NCBI GenBank assembly: GCA_964562905.1 | Contig: CAZLVG010000001.1 | Location: forward strand, 2,297 to 66,296 | From: an uncultured Candidatus Saccharibacteria bacterium | Lineage (GTDB): Bacteria; Patescibacteriota; Andersenbacteria; UBA10190 | DNA: 64,000 nucleotides | Direction of reading: 5' to 3' | Shown: one piece after another, positions 38,861-49,076 of the stretch | How positions within the stretch are numbered: the stretch's first letter is position 1 | How the letters are laid out: each line of letters begins with the position of its first letter | Position numbers and translations under genes: made by a program | The notes under the pieces: model-generated | The model's database searches: none | Seen by the model: only the letters and a program-made list of their open reading frames with translations | Told to the model about the DNA's origin: nothing

Positions 38861-38945
38861 GACCTTCGCTCTCCATCTTTGGCGGAGGGTGCCGTCCACA
38901 GCCTCCGAGCTTTAGCAAGGAGCGACGGACGGCTGCAATAATTGC

Positions 38946-39184
38946 ATGCGGCAATATGTTTATGTATTGCGGAATAACAGAAAAGATCAGCAAACAGATA
39001 GCCTGAATAAAAGGCTGCAGCAACATAACCAAGGTGCGTTCCAGCAACAACAGATAGTAGGCCTTGGTACGTCCATTGGTTCTGCGGATTCAGAACAAAG
39101 AAGGAAGCGCTAATCTTCGAAAAATATCTTAGGGGCGGTTCAGGCGCCATGTTCAGGTATAGGCATTTAGCGCCAAAACAGTAA
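38946..39184 (+). pseudogene. Degraded small GIY-YIG nuclease
   Basis: MRQYVYVLRN...TDSLNKRLQQHNQG, then shifted frame VPATTDSRPWYVHWFCGFRTKKEALIFEKYLRGGSG; YIG block absent. Confidence 0.8.
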
Positions 39185-39416
39185 CCCCTAGGCTTCGCTT
39201 TCCGTAAGCCAGCGGCTAGTTTTGACAAATCCAGCCCTAAGCCGAATGAAGCTTAAGATGAACGATAACATAACGGAGATACTGGCATTTCCTGGAAAAG
39301 GAGAGTTTTTTCGCTTTGCCTCCCGGTCGGCTTTCCACAGCCTCCCGGCCGGCAGCGCGCGAGATTTTTCAAGCCCGCGACTATAATACCCAGGACATTT
39401 AAGTTACGGTTACTGT

Positions 39417-39917
39417 GTGTTTAAGTTCTGCCCGCGCTGCCGGAGAAAAATACGGAAAAGGCGCGACCGCTACGAATGTGCGAGCTGCGGGTTTTGTCTT
39501 TTTGTTAACCCGCCGGCCGCTGTGGCCGCCATAATTTACGACAACCAAAGACAAGTTCTGCTAACGCGAAGGGCCCGCTCCCCGCGCCGGGGATATTGGG
39601 AACTGCCGGGCGGTTTTGTTAACACCGGCGAATCGGCGGAGGAGGCGCTGCGGCGCGAAGTGCGCGAAGAGCTGGGAATATATTTGAAGTCCAGCCGTTA
39701 TCTGTGCTCCCGCCCTAATGTGTACCGCTACCGGAAAATGACTTACCGCCCGTTGGACCTGTTCTTCACCGCGCCGCTGCCGCCGGCAGCTAACATTGCC
39801 CCAGACCAAAGTGAGGTGTCCCGCTGGCGCTTGTTCCCCCCGCCGGAGGTGCCCTGGTCCAACATAGCCTTTAAATCCTACCGGCCCGTGCTGCGCCGCT
39901 GGTTCCAGCCGTCTTAA
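39417..39917 (+). CDS. NUDIX hydrolase with N-terminal zinc ribbon
   Basis: FCPRC...CASC; PGGFVNTGESAEEALRREVREELG Nudix box. Confidence 0.93.
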   Translation: MFKFCPRCRRKIRKRRDRYECASCGFCLFVNPPAAVAAIIYDNQRQVLLTRRARSPRRGYWELPGGFVNTGESAEEALRREVREELGIYLKSSRYLCSRPNVYRYRKMTYRPLDLFFTAPLPPAANIAPDQSEVSRWRLFPPPEVPWSNIAFKSYRPVLRRWFQPS

Positions 39918-39952
39918 GGGACGCAACCGCGCCTGCACTTCCGCCCCGCCAA

Positions 39953-39994
39953 TACAAATCACGAGTTGCGAATTACGGATTACGAACCACAAAT
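39953..39994. repeat. Degenerate heptamer array (TACGAAT-like x6)
   Basis: TACAAAT CACGAGT TGCGAAT TACGGAT TACGAAC CACAAAT. Confidence 0.7.
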
Positions 39995-40030
39995 TTGCTA
40001 AAAAAGCCAACTTCGGCTATAGTAGCCAAC

Positions 40031-40576
40031 ATGCCCAGCAGGCGCAGACGCTTCCGGTCGCGACCCAAACCGCAACCCCAAAAACCTCCCGTTAATCAGG
40101 AGATAAAAGCTCCTGAAGTGAGGCTGGTCGGCCGGGATGGACAGCAACATGGCGTGGTACCTTTAAAAGAAGCGCGCGTTCAGGCGGCCCAACAGGGCAC
40201 GGACCTGGTCATGGTGGCTGAAAAGGCCGATCCCCCGGTAGTGCGTCTTATGGATATAGGCAAGCACATGTACGAAAAAAGAAAGAAACAAGCTAAACAA
40301 AAAACAAAAAGCAAGGGGGGAGATATCAAGGGAATACGTATAGGTTTTCAAATGGGACAGCACGACTGGGAGAACCGTACCAAGCAAGCAGCTAGATTCC
40401 TTGAACAAGGCAATAAAGTCCGCCTGGAGATCCGGCTGCGCGGGAGAGAACGAGGACGGCTTGCCTTAGCTGAGAAAACCATGCAAGAATTCATAGCCGC
40501 CATACCGGCCGGCGCTAAAATTGAGGATACCATCAGCAAATCACCGCGGGGGCTGAATGTCCTTCTGGTCAGATAA
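40031..40576 (+). CDS. infC: Translation initiation factor IF-3
   Basis: NQEIKAPEVRLV, DLV.VA..ADPPV.RLMD.GK, FLEQGNKV, RGRE; precedes rpmI-rplT. Confidence 0.96.
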   Translation: MPSRRRRFRSRPKPQPQKPPVNQEIKAPEVRLVGRDGQQHGVVPLKEARVQAAQQGTDLVMVAEKADPPVVRLMDIGKHMYEKRKKQAKQKTKSKGGDIKGIRIGFQMGQHDWENRTKQAARFLEQGNKVRLEIRLRGRERGRLALAEKTMQEFIAAIPAGAKIEDTISKSPRGLNVLLVR

Positions 40577-40669
40577 GAGTAAGGAAGCGGTCGCGGCTTT
40601 TCCCCCGACAACCAGTTAATTCAGCCCCATAACCTGGCTTAAAAGATGTCTAACTCCACCGGACTATAA

Positions 40670-40867
40670 ATGATGAAGCAGAAAACTAACCAAGCGGCTC
40701 GCAAGCGTTTTACAATGTCAGCCAGAGGCAAGGCTAAACGCCGTCCCGTGCATCAATCCCACTTTAACGGCAAGGACACGGGGGAAGAAACCCGGCACAA
40801 ACACGTCTCGGCTCCGGTTTCGCCGGCCGACAGGCAGCGTCTTAGAAATCTGCTGCCCTACCAATAA
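40670..40867 (+). CDS. rpmI: 50S ribosomal protein L35
   Basis: KT..AARKRF, H...K, LLPY end; between infC and rplT. Confidence 0.92.
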   Translation: MMKQKTNQAARKRFTMSARGKAKRRPVHQSHFNGKDTGEETRHKHVSAPVSPADRQRLRNLLPYQ

Positions 40868-40894
40868 ATTTTCTTAATCCTTATCGTCAACACC

Positions 40895-41293
40895 ATGCCC
40901 AAAGCCAAAAGAAGCGCGACCAAAAGAGCCCGGCACAAAAAATGGCTTAAGCGAGCCAAGGGGTACCGCGGATCCCGCAGTCGGGTGTTCAAGAGAGCGA
41001 AAGAAGCCGTGCTGAAGGCCGGCCAGCACGCCTACCATGACCGCCGCAAGAAGAAAAGTGTCCAGCGCGGCACCTGGCAGATCCGAATCAACGCCGCCGT
41101 CCGCGAGCACGGTATGTCCTACGCCCGTTTTATCCACGGCTTGCGCCAGGCCGGCATCTCGCTGGACCGGAAAGTCCTGTCCCACCTGGCCGGTCGGCAG
41201 CCAGAGATATTTGCCAGGATAGCAAAAACGGCCAAGAGTGAAACCGAGGGCCGGCCAGAGCCCAGCAGGCGTGCGCCGGCAAAAAGAGGTTGA
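40895..41293 (+). CDS. rplT: 50S ribosomal protein L20
   Basis: AKGYRGSRS, WQIRINAA.R..GMSYARFI, LDRKVLS.LA. Confidence 0.97.
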   Translation: MPKAKRSATKRARHKKWLKRAKGYRGSRSRVFKRAKEAVLKAGQHAYHDRRKKKSVQRGTWQIRINAAVREHGMSYARFIHGLRQAGISLDRKVLSHLAGRQPEIFARIAKTAKSETEGRPEPSRRAPAKRG

Positions 41294-41320
41294 CGGCTTG
41301 CCTGCGAAAAGCCGCTGCTG

Positions 41321-43645
41321 ATGAGCAAAATATTAGTAACCGGCGGAGCAGGATTTCTGGGCAGCCATCTGTGCGACCGGCTAGTACAACGCGGAGATGA
41401 AGTCATATGTGTGGACAACTTTTTCACCGGCCAGAAAAGAAACATCACCCACCTGCTGAAAAACCCTTTGTTCGAGCTTATACGCCACGACATCGTGGAG
41501 CCACTGGCGGTGGAAGTAGACCAGATTTACAACCTGGCCTGTCCGGCCTCGCCGGTACATTACCAGCACAACCCCATCAAAACCATAAAAACTTCCACGG
41601 TGGGCATGGTTAACATGCTGGGGCTGGCCAAGCGCGTGGGAGCTCGGCTGCTGCAGACATCCACCTCGGAAGTTTACGGAAATCCCGCTGTCCACCCCCA
41701 GCCTGAAACGTATTGGGGGAACGTCAATCCTATAGGAACCCGCTCCTGTTACGATGAAGGCAAGCGCGTAGCCGAAACCCTGTGCATGGATTACCACCGG
41801 CAGAACCATGTTGATATTCGCATTGCCCGGATTTTCAATAGCATCTTAGCCAATGAAACAGTCTTACTATTCAACAACAAGCACATTCACACAGAGTCAA
41901 TAGAAAAATACGTCGATTCTCACCTAGCCTCGCGCCTGGATCCGAACCCGCCACGCGTACTGATCCCCACGTTTGATCCCAGATCATGCCGAACCCGCTT
42001 AGCAGAGGCAAGCGCAGTCACCAAACACCGATGCAGAACCGATTGTTATGAACTCTCACTCCGCTACGGCAGAAACGTCAAAGTCACTGGAGATCACAGC
42101 GTGTTCACCCGAGGACAAAACGGAAGGCCCACGGCAATACCAGTACGCCAGCTGAGTGTTGGTGATTACGTAGCCATCCCGGCAAAGCTGCCGGTAGTCG
42201 AGCAAAACCGCCAACGCGTAGAGCTTGGTGAAGCCCTGCTCCGGTCACTACCAGATACCGAATTATGGGACTACGCAGTACGTGCTACAACTCTTCAAAA
42301 AGTCATTACAGAACGGCGAAACGAAATCATAAAAATTATAGAAAAAAGCAGGCGATTTAACGCCGAACGGCAGCGCAATGCTTACACATGCGCCTACAAT
42401 AAATACCGACGAAGATCACTCCTGCCACTCTATGTGCTCAAACGTCTCCGCATTTCAGTACCCAAAGAAGGCAAAATTCGCGTGTACAAATCCGGCGCAC
42501 ACATCTGGCTTCCCGCCACCATCAATGTCACACCCGATCTACTGTGGTTGATCGGCCTTTTCATCGCGGAAGGAACATCTCACTTCCAGAAAGGAAAGAG
42601 CGCGTTTATATCCCTCTGCTCCGACGAGCACCTACTCAAACGAGCACAAAAAATTCTTGAAGCGCTTGGTTGCCATGTTGTGTATCGTCCTGCCTATGAT
42701 AATAAGGGACCGTCTATCTTTGCGCACTCAAAACTTCTGTACTTTCTGTTTGACCACGTCCTAGACATCTTACCCGACAAGCAGTTCCCAGCCTGGATTA
42801 TGCAACTACCACTCTCAAAAATAAAGCACGTCCTAGAAGGATACCGCGAGGGAGACGGCACGCACAGTGGTAAAAAAATAGGCAGCGAACTCTGTTTCAA
42901 CACTACGAGCAAAAACCTGGCAGACCAGTTAACCTATACCCTTCTACGCTTTGGCATTGTCGCTTCAGTTGGCAAGTACAACACTACCTTCAGAAAGCGC
43001 TATGAGAACCGGCGGTTCCCATTTTATAGAATAACTATTTGTGCGCTAGACAATTTCGATATACTCAGTTGGGACAGCAAAGTTCAACAAACCCTCAACG
43101 CCAAAAGAACTGGCGATATCGTGTGGTCAAAAATCAGAAGCATTAAACCAGTCGCCAGATCAGCCTACGTGTACGATTTCACCGTCCCAGGCTCTGAAAA
43201 TTTTATTGCCGGCAATGGGATATTTTGCCACAACACCTACGGTCCCCGTATGCACCCGGCAGACGGCCGCGTCGTCAGTAATTTCATCATGCAAGCTCTG
43301 GAGGAAGCGCCCCTCACGGTTTACGGAGACGGCAGCCACACCCGCTCTTTTTGTTACGTGGATGACATGGTAGAGGCTCTTACAAGGCTCATGGATCAAG
43401 AAAAGGAGACGGGGCCGGTTAATCTGGGTAACCCCGAAGAAACTTCCATGCGGGAGCTGGCCCGCCTAATCATAAAATTGACTCGCAGCCGCTCTCCCAT
43501 CTCCCGTCATCCCCTGCCGGCCGACGATCCCCAAAAACGGCGCCCCGACATAACGAAAGCCGGACAAATTATTAACTGGCGGCCGGGCACTTCCCTAAAG
43601 GCGGGTTTGCAAAAAACTATTGCTTACTTTAAGAGCTTGCCGTAA
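41321..43645 (+). CDS. UDP-glucuronate decarboxylase (UDP-xylose synthase-like SDR) precursor containing an intein; 309 aa after splicing
   Basis: [42 protein letters not shown]|[20 protein letters not shown]. Confidence 0.93.
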   Translation: MSKILVTGGAGFLGSHLCDRLVQRGDEVICVDNFFTGQKRNITHLLKNPLFELIRHDIVEPLAVEVDQIYNLACPASPVHYQHNPIKTIKTSTVGMVNMLGLAKRVGARLLQTSTSEVYGNPAVHPQPETYWGNVNPIGTRSCYDEGKRVAETLCMDYHRQNHVDIRIARIFNSILANETVLLFNNKHIHTESIEKYVDSHLASRLDPNPPRVLIPTFDPRSCRTRLAEASAVTKHRCRTDCYELSLRYGRNVKVTGDHSVFTRGQNGRPTAIPVRQLSVGDYVAIPAKLPVVEQNRQRVELGEALLRSLPDTELWDYAVRATTLQKVITERRNEIIKIIEKSRRFNAERQRNAYTCAYNKYRRRSLLPLYVLKRLRISVPKEGKIRVYKSGAHIWLPATINVTPDLLWLIGLFIAEGTSHFQKGKSAFISLCSDEHLLKRAQKILEALGCHVVYRPAYDNKGPSIFAHSKLLYFLFDHVLDILPDKQFPAWIMQLPLSKIKHVLEGYREGDGTHSGKKIGSELCFNTTSKNLADQLTYTLLRFGIVASVGKYNTTFRKRYENRRFPFYRITICALDNFDILSWDSKVQQTLNAKRTGDIVWSKIRSIKPVARSAYVYDFTVPGSENFIAGNGIFCHNTYGPRMHPADGRVVSNFIMQALEEAPLTVYGDGSHTRSFCYVDDMVEALTRLMDQEKETGPVNLGNPEETSMRELARLIIKLTRSRSPISRHPLPADDPQKRRPDITKAGQIINWRPGTSLKAGLQKTIAYFKSLP
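41840..43234 (+). mobile_element. 465-aa intein with LAGLIDADG homing endonuclease
   Basis: Splits RIFN/TYGP; Ser1, block [15 protein letters not shown] and LEGYREGDG endonuclease blocks, block F VYDFTV...NF, terminal HN followed by Thr+1. Confidence 0.93.
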
Positions 43646-43654
43646 TTTCCTGGC

Positions 43655-44098
43655 CTATTTCAGCAAGCAGTCTGGTCCGGGCGGCAACAGCTTCATCTGT
43701 TTACTTTGCGCCAGTATGGCTTGAGTTTTGTTGTCAACCAGCACCAGCCGCACGTTTTCTCCCTGGGATTCAGCCAGCACCTCGCCGTCACAAGGCACCA
43801 TCAGGCTGAAACTACCTGACGAAAGCTGCTCCGGACTTAAGTTGCCTACCTTTAAACTGACTCGGGGCAGCCGCAGCATCAACGCGGACGACTGGCTGCG
43901 GATGGCGGACACGTTCTCAGCCAAGCTGACTGTCACCGGCACCCCGGGCAGCAAGCGGGTAGTAGATGTTTCCAGGACGCCTATCTCGTAAGTAAGCGAG
44001 GCTCCTCTTATGGAAAGACCTCCCACCTGCAAAGCCAACCACACCAACACCAGCAGCGCCGCCACGCTCACGCCCCCTGCCAGGTAATATTTGTTCAT
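43655..44098 (-). CDS. Hypothetical protein with N-terminal membrane anchor
   Basis: MNKYYLAGG plus hydrophobic stretch; ATG overlaps the upstream stop (ATGA). Confidence 0.65.
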   Translation of the reverse strand: MNKYYLAGGVSVAALLVLVWLALQVGGLSIRGASLTYEIGVLETSTTRLLPGVPVTVSLAENVSAIRSQSSALMLRLPRVSLKVGNLSPEQLSSGSFSLMVPCDGEVLAESQGENVRLVLVDNKTQAILAQSKQMKLLPPGPDCLLK

Positions 44099-45039
44099 AG
44101 TCGCTCCTCTTTTTTCAGCTCTCTTAAAAATGTATACCTTAGGCGTCGCTCGCGCAACCAGGGAGCGTGCACGTTCCATGGCGACTCAAAACGCTTAAAA
44201 AGGCGGCGGATCAGCCTGGCTTTGGGCATGTCCGGCGCTTCCTGCTGCGCCAGCAGGCGGCCTTCTTTGCGCGCCACCGCGAAGAAATCCCGGCGCGTTG
44301 TCCATGACGCCAGTACCATCAGAGTAGGAACCATCATCAGCACGGCGTACGCCGCCAGGTTCACGCCTAATAGTAAATCATACAATCCGTGTAGAAACCA
44401 CGGGATGACGAAGGCCAGAAAATAAAATTTGCGCGGGCGCCATAAATCCAGCGCAGCCCGGGCCAGCCAAGCGCCCATCAGACCTCCGAAACTTACGTGG
44501 GCCAGCGTGGAGACAAGGAACCGCAAAAAGAAAACGAACACCAGCGTGTCGTAACTGCCCGCCGTAAACAGATTGAGGAAATACAGCGTGTTTTCCAGCG
44601 TGGCAAATCCCAGCCCCGCCGCTATACCCACCACCAGTCCGTCAAAAACCTGGTCAATAGACTTGCTGCGGACGATCCACAGCCGCAGTAATACGTACCT
44701 CAAACCCTCTTCCACCATGGCCACCATCAGAAAAGCGCCCACCGCCGGCAACACAATATCCAGCGGGCTGCGCAACGGCGTAATCGCTCCCACAAAATAA
44801 TGGGAGGTGGCCGGCGACAGCTGATGCCACAGCTGCGACAGCCATTTTTCCGCCCGGAAAGCCGGCCAGACCAGCACCAGACCGGCGGCGAAAGCGCCGG
44901 CTACCAGAGTGGCGGGAACGGGCCGGTCACTGCGCCTCAGATACCACAACCAGATGAATAGCGTGGCTGGCAGTAAACTTAGGAGAAAAGCGATGATGCC
45001 TATAGCCAGTCCCGGCGGCAGATAAATAGCGGGAGTCAC
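44095..45039 (-). CDS. PrsW family intramembrane glutamic protease
   Basis: VEEGLR, DGLV.G.AAGLGFATLEN, R...STLAH, LHGLYD; start GTG 45039 after TGTTATACT. Confidence 0.9.
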   Translation of the reverse strand: MTPAIYLPPGLAIGIIAFLLSLLPATLFIWLWYLRRSDRPVPATLVAGAFAAGLVLVWPAFRAEKWLSQLWHQLSPATSHYFVGAITPLRSPLDIVLPAVGAFLMVAMVEEGLRYVLLRLWIVRSKSIDQVFDGLVVGIAAGLGFATLENTLYFLNLFTAGSYDTLVFVFFLRFLVSTLAHVSFGGLMGAWLARAALDLWRPRKFYFLAFVIPWFLHGLYDLLLGVNLAAYAVLMMVPTLMVLASWTTRRDFFAVARKEGRLLAQQEAPDMPKARLIRRLFKRFESPWNVHAPWLRERRLRYTFLRELKKEERL

Positions 45040-45183
45040 GCCGTTAAGTATAACACCGGTCAAAATAACCCGCTACGCCACGGCCTAAAAAGCGCCTAAA
45101 AAGCGGCGGCTGTCTTTTTTTCTCCTATACCCTTTTCCCCGCCGCTATTTCCACCCGCCAGGCGGGAATGGTCAACCCAAAAT

Positions 45184-45588
45184 TCAAAGGGAAGACGACT
45201 TAAACACTTCCGGCCGATAGGGTTTCAGCCTGACCACTTTAACCTCTTCCTTGCCCGCGCGTTCAAGTAGACGGCGTACGGTATCGTCATCCGGCTTCTG
45301 GTCGTACCCGAGAGCCAGAACGTCAAACTCCAGTTCCTCTAGGAGACGGTAGGGACGAGGGTTAGGCCACTCGTCACCTAACAAAGCTTTACGCACAACG
45401 GACAGAGCTAATACTTTTTCAAGACGGACCCGTTGCGGCAGTCTTGGTTCTCTCCTTTTCACGTGCCTGATATAACTGTCCCGCGCTACTACCACCGTCA
45501 GGCGGTCTCCCCATGCCAAAGCTTGGCGGAAAAAATAACGGTGGCCCGCGTGCAAGGAGTCAAAAGTCCCGAACACCAGCACCGTCAT
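45184..45588 (-). CDS. Cytidylyltransferase-like nucleotidyltransferase (RibL/FAD synthase-like)
   Basis: FGTFDSLHAGH, VVVARD, LGYDQ, KSS end. Confidence 0.85.
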   Translation of the reverse strand: MTVLVFGTFDSLHAGHRYFFRQALAWGDRLTVVVARDSYIRHVKRREPRLPQRVRLEKVLALSVVRKALLGDEWPNPRPYRLLEELEFDVLALGYDQKPDDDTVRRLLERAGKEEVKVVRLKPYRPEVFKSSSL

Positions 45589-45914
45589 TCAGGATTTTTT
45601 CTAAAAACGCGGTCATACGAGGCATAATCACGAGTGAGGTGCCTAGTCCTTTTCAACCTCTGCTCATCAATAGACCGCAGCATTTCTGTATTGATAAGCG
45701 GCGCGCCTTCCTTCACGGTCGCCGGCGGACCGGGATCACGCCGCAGTCTGGTCCACGCATAATTATATACCAGCCAAAGACCTATCCCGGCAAACATGAC
45801 GGCTAACAAATATCTGAAGCGCGAGTCCGCTAATACCAACCACAGGGACGCCCCGGCGTTTTTCACGCGTCCGTACCAGCCGCGTAGCCAGTCTTTATTT
45901 CTAACGTTGTTCAT
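45585..45914 (-). CDS. Small single-TM protein after pilO (PilP position), set 2
   Basis: One TM segment; same position and shape as 48077-48418. Confidence 0.6.
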   Translation of the reverse strand: MNNVRNKDWLRGWYGRVKNAGASLWLVLADSRFRYLLAVMFAGIGLWLVYNYAWTRLRRDPGPPATVKEGAPLINTEMLRSIDEQRLKRTRHLTRDYASYDRVFRKNPE

Positions 45915-46470
45915 TTTTCTGTAGATAAAAAACTATTGACATATCCAGATTAAAGTTCTGGCCCTCGCCAGGCCTAATAAGTAAAGAGTCTATTTGCACC
46001 AACCCTTGTATATGCTCCATGGCCTCCAAGTACCGCAGCAGCATGGACGGTCGGGCCGAGGCTGACACTGAGATAGTGAGAGGGAAGATGGGTACACTGT
46101 GGCCTTCTTGATCCTTAAGGTCATGACCTTCCCTGATATTGACCACGTCAATTTCCAGGCCGGTACGTTGCGCCACGCTTTCCACGCGCTCCAGCACCTG
46201 AATAGTGTCCCTATCTTGGGGAACTACCACCGCTAGCCGTTCCAGGGAGCCTTTTTCCCTCTTTATACCCTCTGCCAGCTTTTCCGCGCGTTCTTTCACG
46301 TCCGCCGCCTGCTTAATCTGGGAACGGCTTCTTTGTACCATGGTGGCCATGGCGGCCGCCTTTCTCCACAAGTACGGCTGGACCGCCATCAGGCCGGCCG
46401 CCACCAGGACAGTGACAACCAACACCCGCAGACGCTTCCTTACCCGGGGGCGCAAGTTATTGATCCACAT
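45901..46470 (-). CDS. pilO: PilO-like protein, set 2
   Basis: TM, coiled coil, then LLRYLEAMEH...VQIDSL; follows pilM-pilN. Confidence 0.7.
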   Translation of the reverse strand: MWINNLRPRVRKRLRVLVVTVLVAAGLMAVQPYLWRKAAAMATMVQRSRSQIKQAADVKERAEKLAEGIKREKGSLERLAVVVPQDRDTIQVLERVESVAQRTGLEIDVVNIREGHDLKDQEGHSVPIFPLTISVSASARPSMLLRYLEAMEHIQGLVQIDSLLIRPGEGQNFNLDMSIVFYLQKNEQR

Positions 46471-47017
46471 AGTCCTCCTTAAGCGTTAAAGTAAATTCAT
46501 AGGGCGCGTTGACAGGATTCAACAGGTTAGCGCGAGGAGCTTTCACGTCTTTTACCCAGGGCAGCTCGCCAAGCCGTTCTTCAAAAACCACCAGCGAACT
46601 GCGCGCCACAGAGGAACCGGAGAAATAAATGGTATTGCTCTCGCGGTCGGCTTCTAATCTCCCAATGATTATGCCGGACGGAACAATATCCAGCAAGTCG
46701 GGAATAATATCGGACCAAACCAGTCTTTCCCGCCCCAGGGAATCTATAACTTCCAACAAGCTGTTATACCTTTTTACCTCACTTTTCTTTCTGTCGTAAG
46801 CGGCGACCTGCCGCCCCAGTTCAGACTCCGCCGTTCTGTTGGACGTTAAGTTGGCAAAACCCCACAAGCCGACACTGACCGCCGCCGCCAACAACGCCAG
46901 GGACAAGAGTCCGACTGCCACCGCGCGCGCAAAACGAGTCACAGCGTTCAGCGTAACTTCCTGGCGCAAGCTCCAACGCCTAGCGGGAGGCAGCAGGTTC
47001 ATCTGTTTTTGCGCCAT
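46457..47017 (-). CDS. pilN: PilN-like protein, set 2
   Basis: MNLLPP N-terminal motif, TM, WS.II..L...VPSGI. Confidence 0.8.
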   Translation of the reverse strand: MAQKQMNLLPPARRWSLRQEVTLNAVTRFARAVAVGLLSLALLAAAVSVGLWGFANLTSNRTAESELGRQVAAYDRKKSEVKRYNSLLEVIDSLGRERLVWSDIIPDLLDIVPSGIIIGRLEADRESNTIYFSGSSVARSSLVVFEERLGELPWVKDVKAPRANLLNPVNAPYEFTLTLKEDYVDQ

Positions 47018-47027
47018 AGCGTCAAGG

Positions 47028-48080
47028 TTAGTCCCCCAAGTTTTCGTCTCTAAGAGCCAGGCCGATGGCCGTAGTAAAATGCATGGCGTCAGCCGTGGAG
47101 ATGTTGGCACCTCCCGTCGTTACTTTCCCTCCCACGTTAGTCCAGGGACTGCCTAGCTGTACAGGAACTCCGGAAAAAATCTTTCCGAACTCCCCGGTCA
47201 TGCCGCTTAAATTAGATCCGCCGCCGGCCAGCAGTATAGCTCTTACCCTTTCCTCGGGCGGCAGTTGCACCACCATCTCCTTAACCACCCGCTCCACCTG
47301 CCGTATCAGCTCCAGCACTCCTTCTTTCAAAACTTCCCTAAGTTGCGTGCCCTCTTTCCCGGCTGGCCCCGCGGCTGACTTTTTCTCGGCCGCTTCGGAC
47401 AAGGATAGGCCGAGCCTGGCGGCCAGCCGCCGCGTAAGGTCGTCGCCCCCCGTCTGAATGCTGGCCGTATACCGCATGGCACCACGGTCAAAAAACACCA
47501 CGTTAGTCGAGGTAGCGCCCAGATCAATAACCAGCACACCCCGTATGTCCGCCGCTTCCTCTCTTGACCGAGGCAGCAGGCAGCGTACCACCGACCTGGC
47601 TTCTAGCTCCAGCGCCATGACATTCAAACCCAAGCCGTCCAGCACAGCCAACAAAGGATCAACAACTTCGCGCTGAGCCACGCCTACCAGTACCTGGTGG
47701 TAGCGGCCTTCCCGCGACGAGTCCACCGGTTCCCAGTCAAGATAAACCTTGTCTAGGTCAAAAGGGATGTGGCGCCTGATCGCCCAACGTACAGCCTCAT
47801 CAGCTTCCCGTTCTTTCATAGTAGGCAAATCAATAACCCGCAGAAAAGATTGCATCTCTGGTATGGAAGCTACCGCGTATTTTTCTTTCACCGGTAAAGG
47901 GGAACAACGGGTCATAGCTTGGCCGAGTGCTTTAGTAACGGCTGGTATGTCTTGCACTATTCCTCTTCGCATAAGACGGGGAGCCAGCGGCGACCAGCAC
48001 ACCGTGCGCAATAGCGGATAATCCCCGCCCGTCACCTCGGCCACCTTTATGGACTTGTCAGAGATGTCTATACCAATCAT
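47028..48080 (-). CDS. pilM: PilM, set 2
   Basis: IGIDISDKSIK, IPFDLDKVYLDW, IDLGATST, LAGGGSNL.G, AIGLALR. Confidence 0.9.
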   Translation of the reverse strand: MIGIDISDKSIKVAEVTGGDYPLLRTVCWSPLAPRLMRRGIVQDIPAVTKALGQAMTRCSPLPVKEKYAVASIPEMQSFLRVIDLPTMKEREADEAVRWAIRRHIPFDLDKVYLDWEPVDSSREGRYHQVLVGVAQREVVDPLLAVLDGLGLNVMALELEARSVVRCLLPRSREEAADIRGVLVIDLGATSTNVVFFDRGAMRYTASIQTGGDDLTRRLAARLGLSLSEAAEKKSAAGPAGKEGTQLREVLKEGVLELIRQVERVVKEMVVQLPPEERVRAILLAGGGSNLSGMTGEFGKIFSGVPVQLGSPWTNVGGKVTTGGANISTADAMHFTTAIGLALRDENLGD

Positions 48081-48418
48081 AGAATTCCGTCGGGAACCGA
48101 CATGCCTGACGACAGCTCGGCATCCCACTGCTCTATCCATAACTCCAAGCGATCAATCAAGTCCGTGGACAGGTCCAAAGTATTCGCCGGCTGCTCGACT
48201 GTCCCGGGCGGCTCCAGATACAACAAGGTTAAAACCAGATACAGCCCCAGCAGTAATACCAAAACGGCGGCCATAATGTCTAGAGCGTGGCTGTGGCCGG
48301 TCAACACCCAGCGCCCAACCGAACGAAACTTGTTCTTGAGCTTGTGGGTTAAGCGCAACCAGTTCTCTTTATCCGTGAGTAGTTTTACGTCAATCTTCAT
48401 AACCACTTTCTTGACCAT
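48077..48418 (-). CDS. Small single-TM protein after pilO (PilP position), set 1
   Basis: One TM segment; overlaps its neighbours on the same strand. Confidence 0.6.
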   Translation of the reverse strand: MVKKVVMKIDVKLLTDKENWLRLTHKLKNKFRSVGRWVLTGHSHALDIMAAVLVLLLGLYLVLTLLYLEPPGTVEQPANTLDLSTDLIDRLELWIEQWDAELSSGMSVPDGIL

Positions 48419-49070
48419 CGCCCTCTTCGGCCAATATGGATATCACCGCTTGCGCGCTAAGATGCCCTGTTTTTTGCGGCTGCTGGCTGTCTTTTTCGGA
48501 CGAGCCGGGCGGTCCGCCGGGCGGCGCCGGCAGTCCCGCTCCGAGTGGCCTTTTGACCGACTCTCTCACTGTAAACTGCCAGTCAGCCACCTGTACCAAG
48601 TACGGCTGGTACTCCAGATAATGGAGCCAGCGCAGCGTATTTTCAGGGTCGCCGGCAGCGACAAGATGCATCCTAACTTCTCGCAAAGGCCCTGATGGTT
48701 TTATTATGTTGCCTTTTTCATCTTTCTTTATCTCTTCTTCCACATCCGGTATGGTCAGTCTGACATTGAAATCAGCAGCAGATTTTTCCAGTCTCCCTAT
48801 CACACTGCTCAAGTCGTCCCGACGAGGCACGAAGGCCAAAATACGGTTGATATCGTGCCGGCGGTCAGCCAGCTTCTCCTCCAGCTCCGTCAGGCGGCTG
48901 GCGCTGGCCAGGCTTTGCTCCAGCGCCGACCGGAGGCTGGCCGCGGCGCGCCGCTTATCTTGAATAAAGGAATGCAGTCCCAGCACCACTCCCAGTAGCG
49001 CCAGGATCAGTACGGCCTCAACTACTCTCCATATTATCAGCTGCTTGATTGTCCGCTTGGCCAGCAACAT
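48390..49070 (-). CDS. pilO: PilO-like protein, set 1
   Basis: TM, coiled coil, LRWLHYLEYQPYLVQV; follows pilM-pilN. Confidence 0.7.
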   Translation of the reverse strand: MLLAKRTIKQLIIWRVVEAVLILALLGVVLGLHSFIQDKRRAAASLRSALEQSLASASRLTELEEKLADRRHDINRILAFVPRRDDLSSVIGRLEKSAADFNVRLTIPDVEEEIKKDEKGNIIKPSGPLREVRMHLVAAGDPENTLRWLHYLEYQPYLVQVADWQFTVRESVKRPLGAGLPAPPGGPPGSSEKDSQQPQKTGHLSAQAVISILAEEGDGQESGYED

Positions 49071-49076
49071 ATTCTC

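Noticed and set aside
38603-39228. Minus-strand ORFs across tmRNA and the GIY-YIG relic
   Set aside because: Region is explained by ssrA and the plus-strand pseudogene
41165-41182. GGAAAGTCC resembling the RNase P RNA conserved motif
   Set aside because: Lies inside rplT coding sequence (DRKVL) with no other RNase P elements
45083-45170. CCTAAAAAGCG duplicated and a CCCGCCAGGCGGG palindrome
   Set aside because: Short and seen once; could be a terminator or operator but evidence is insufficient
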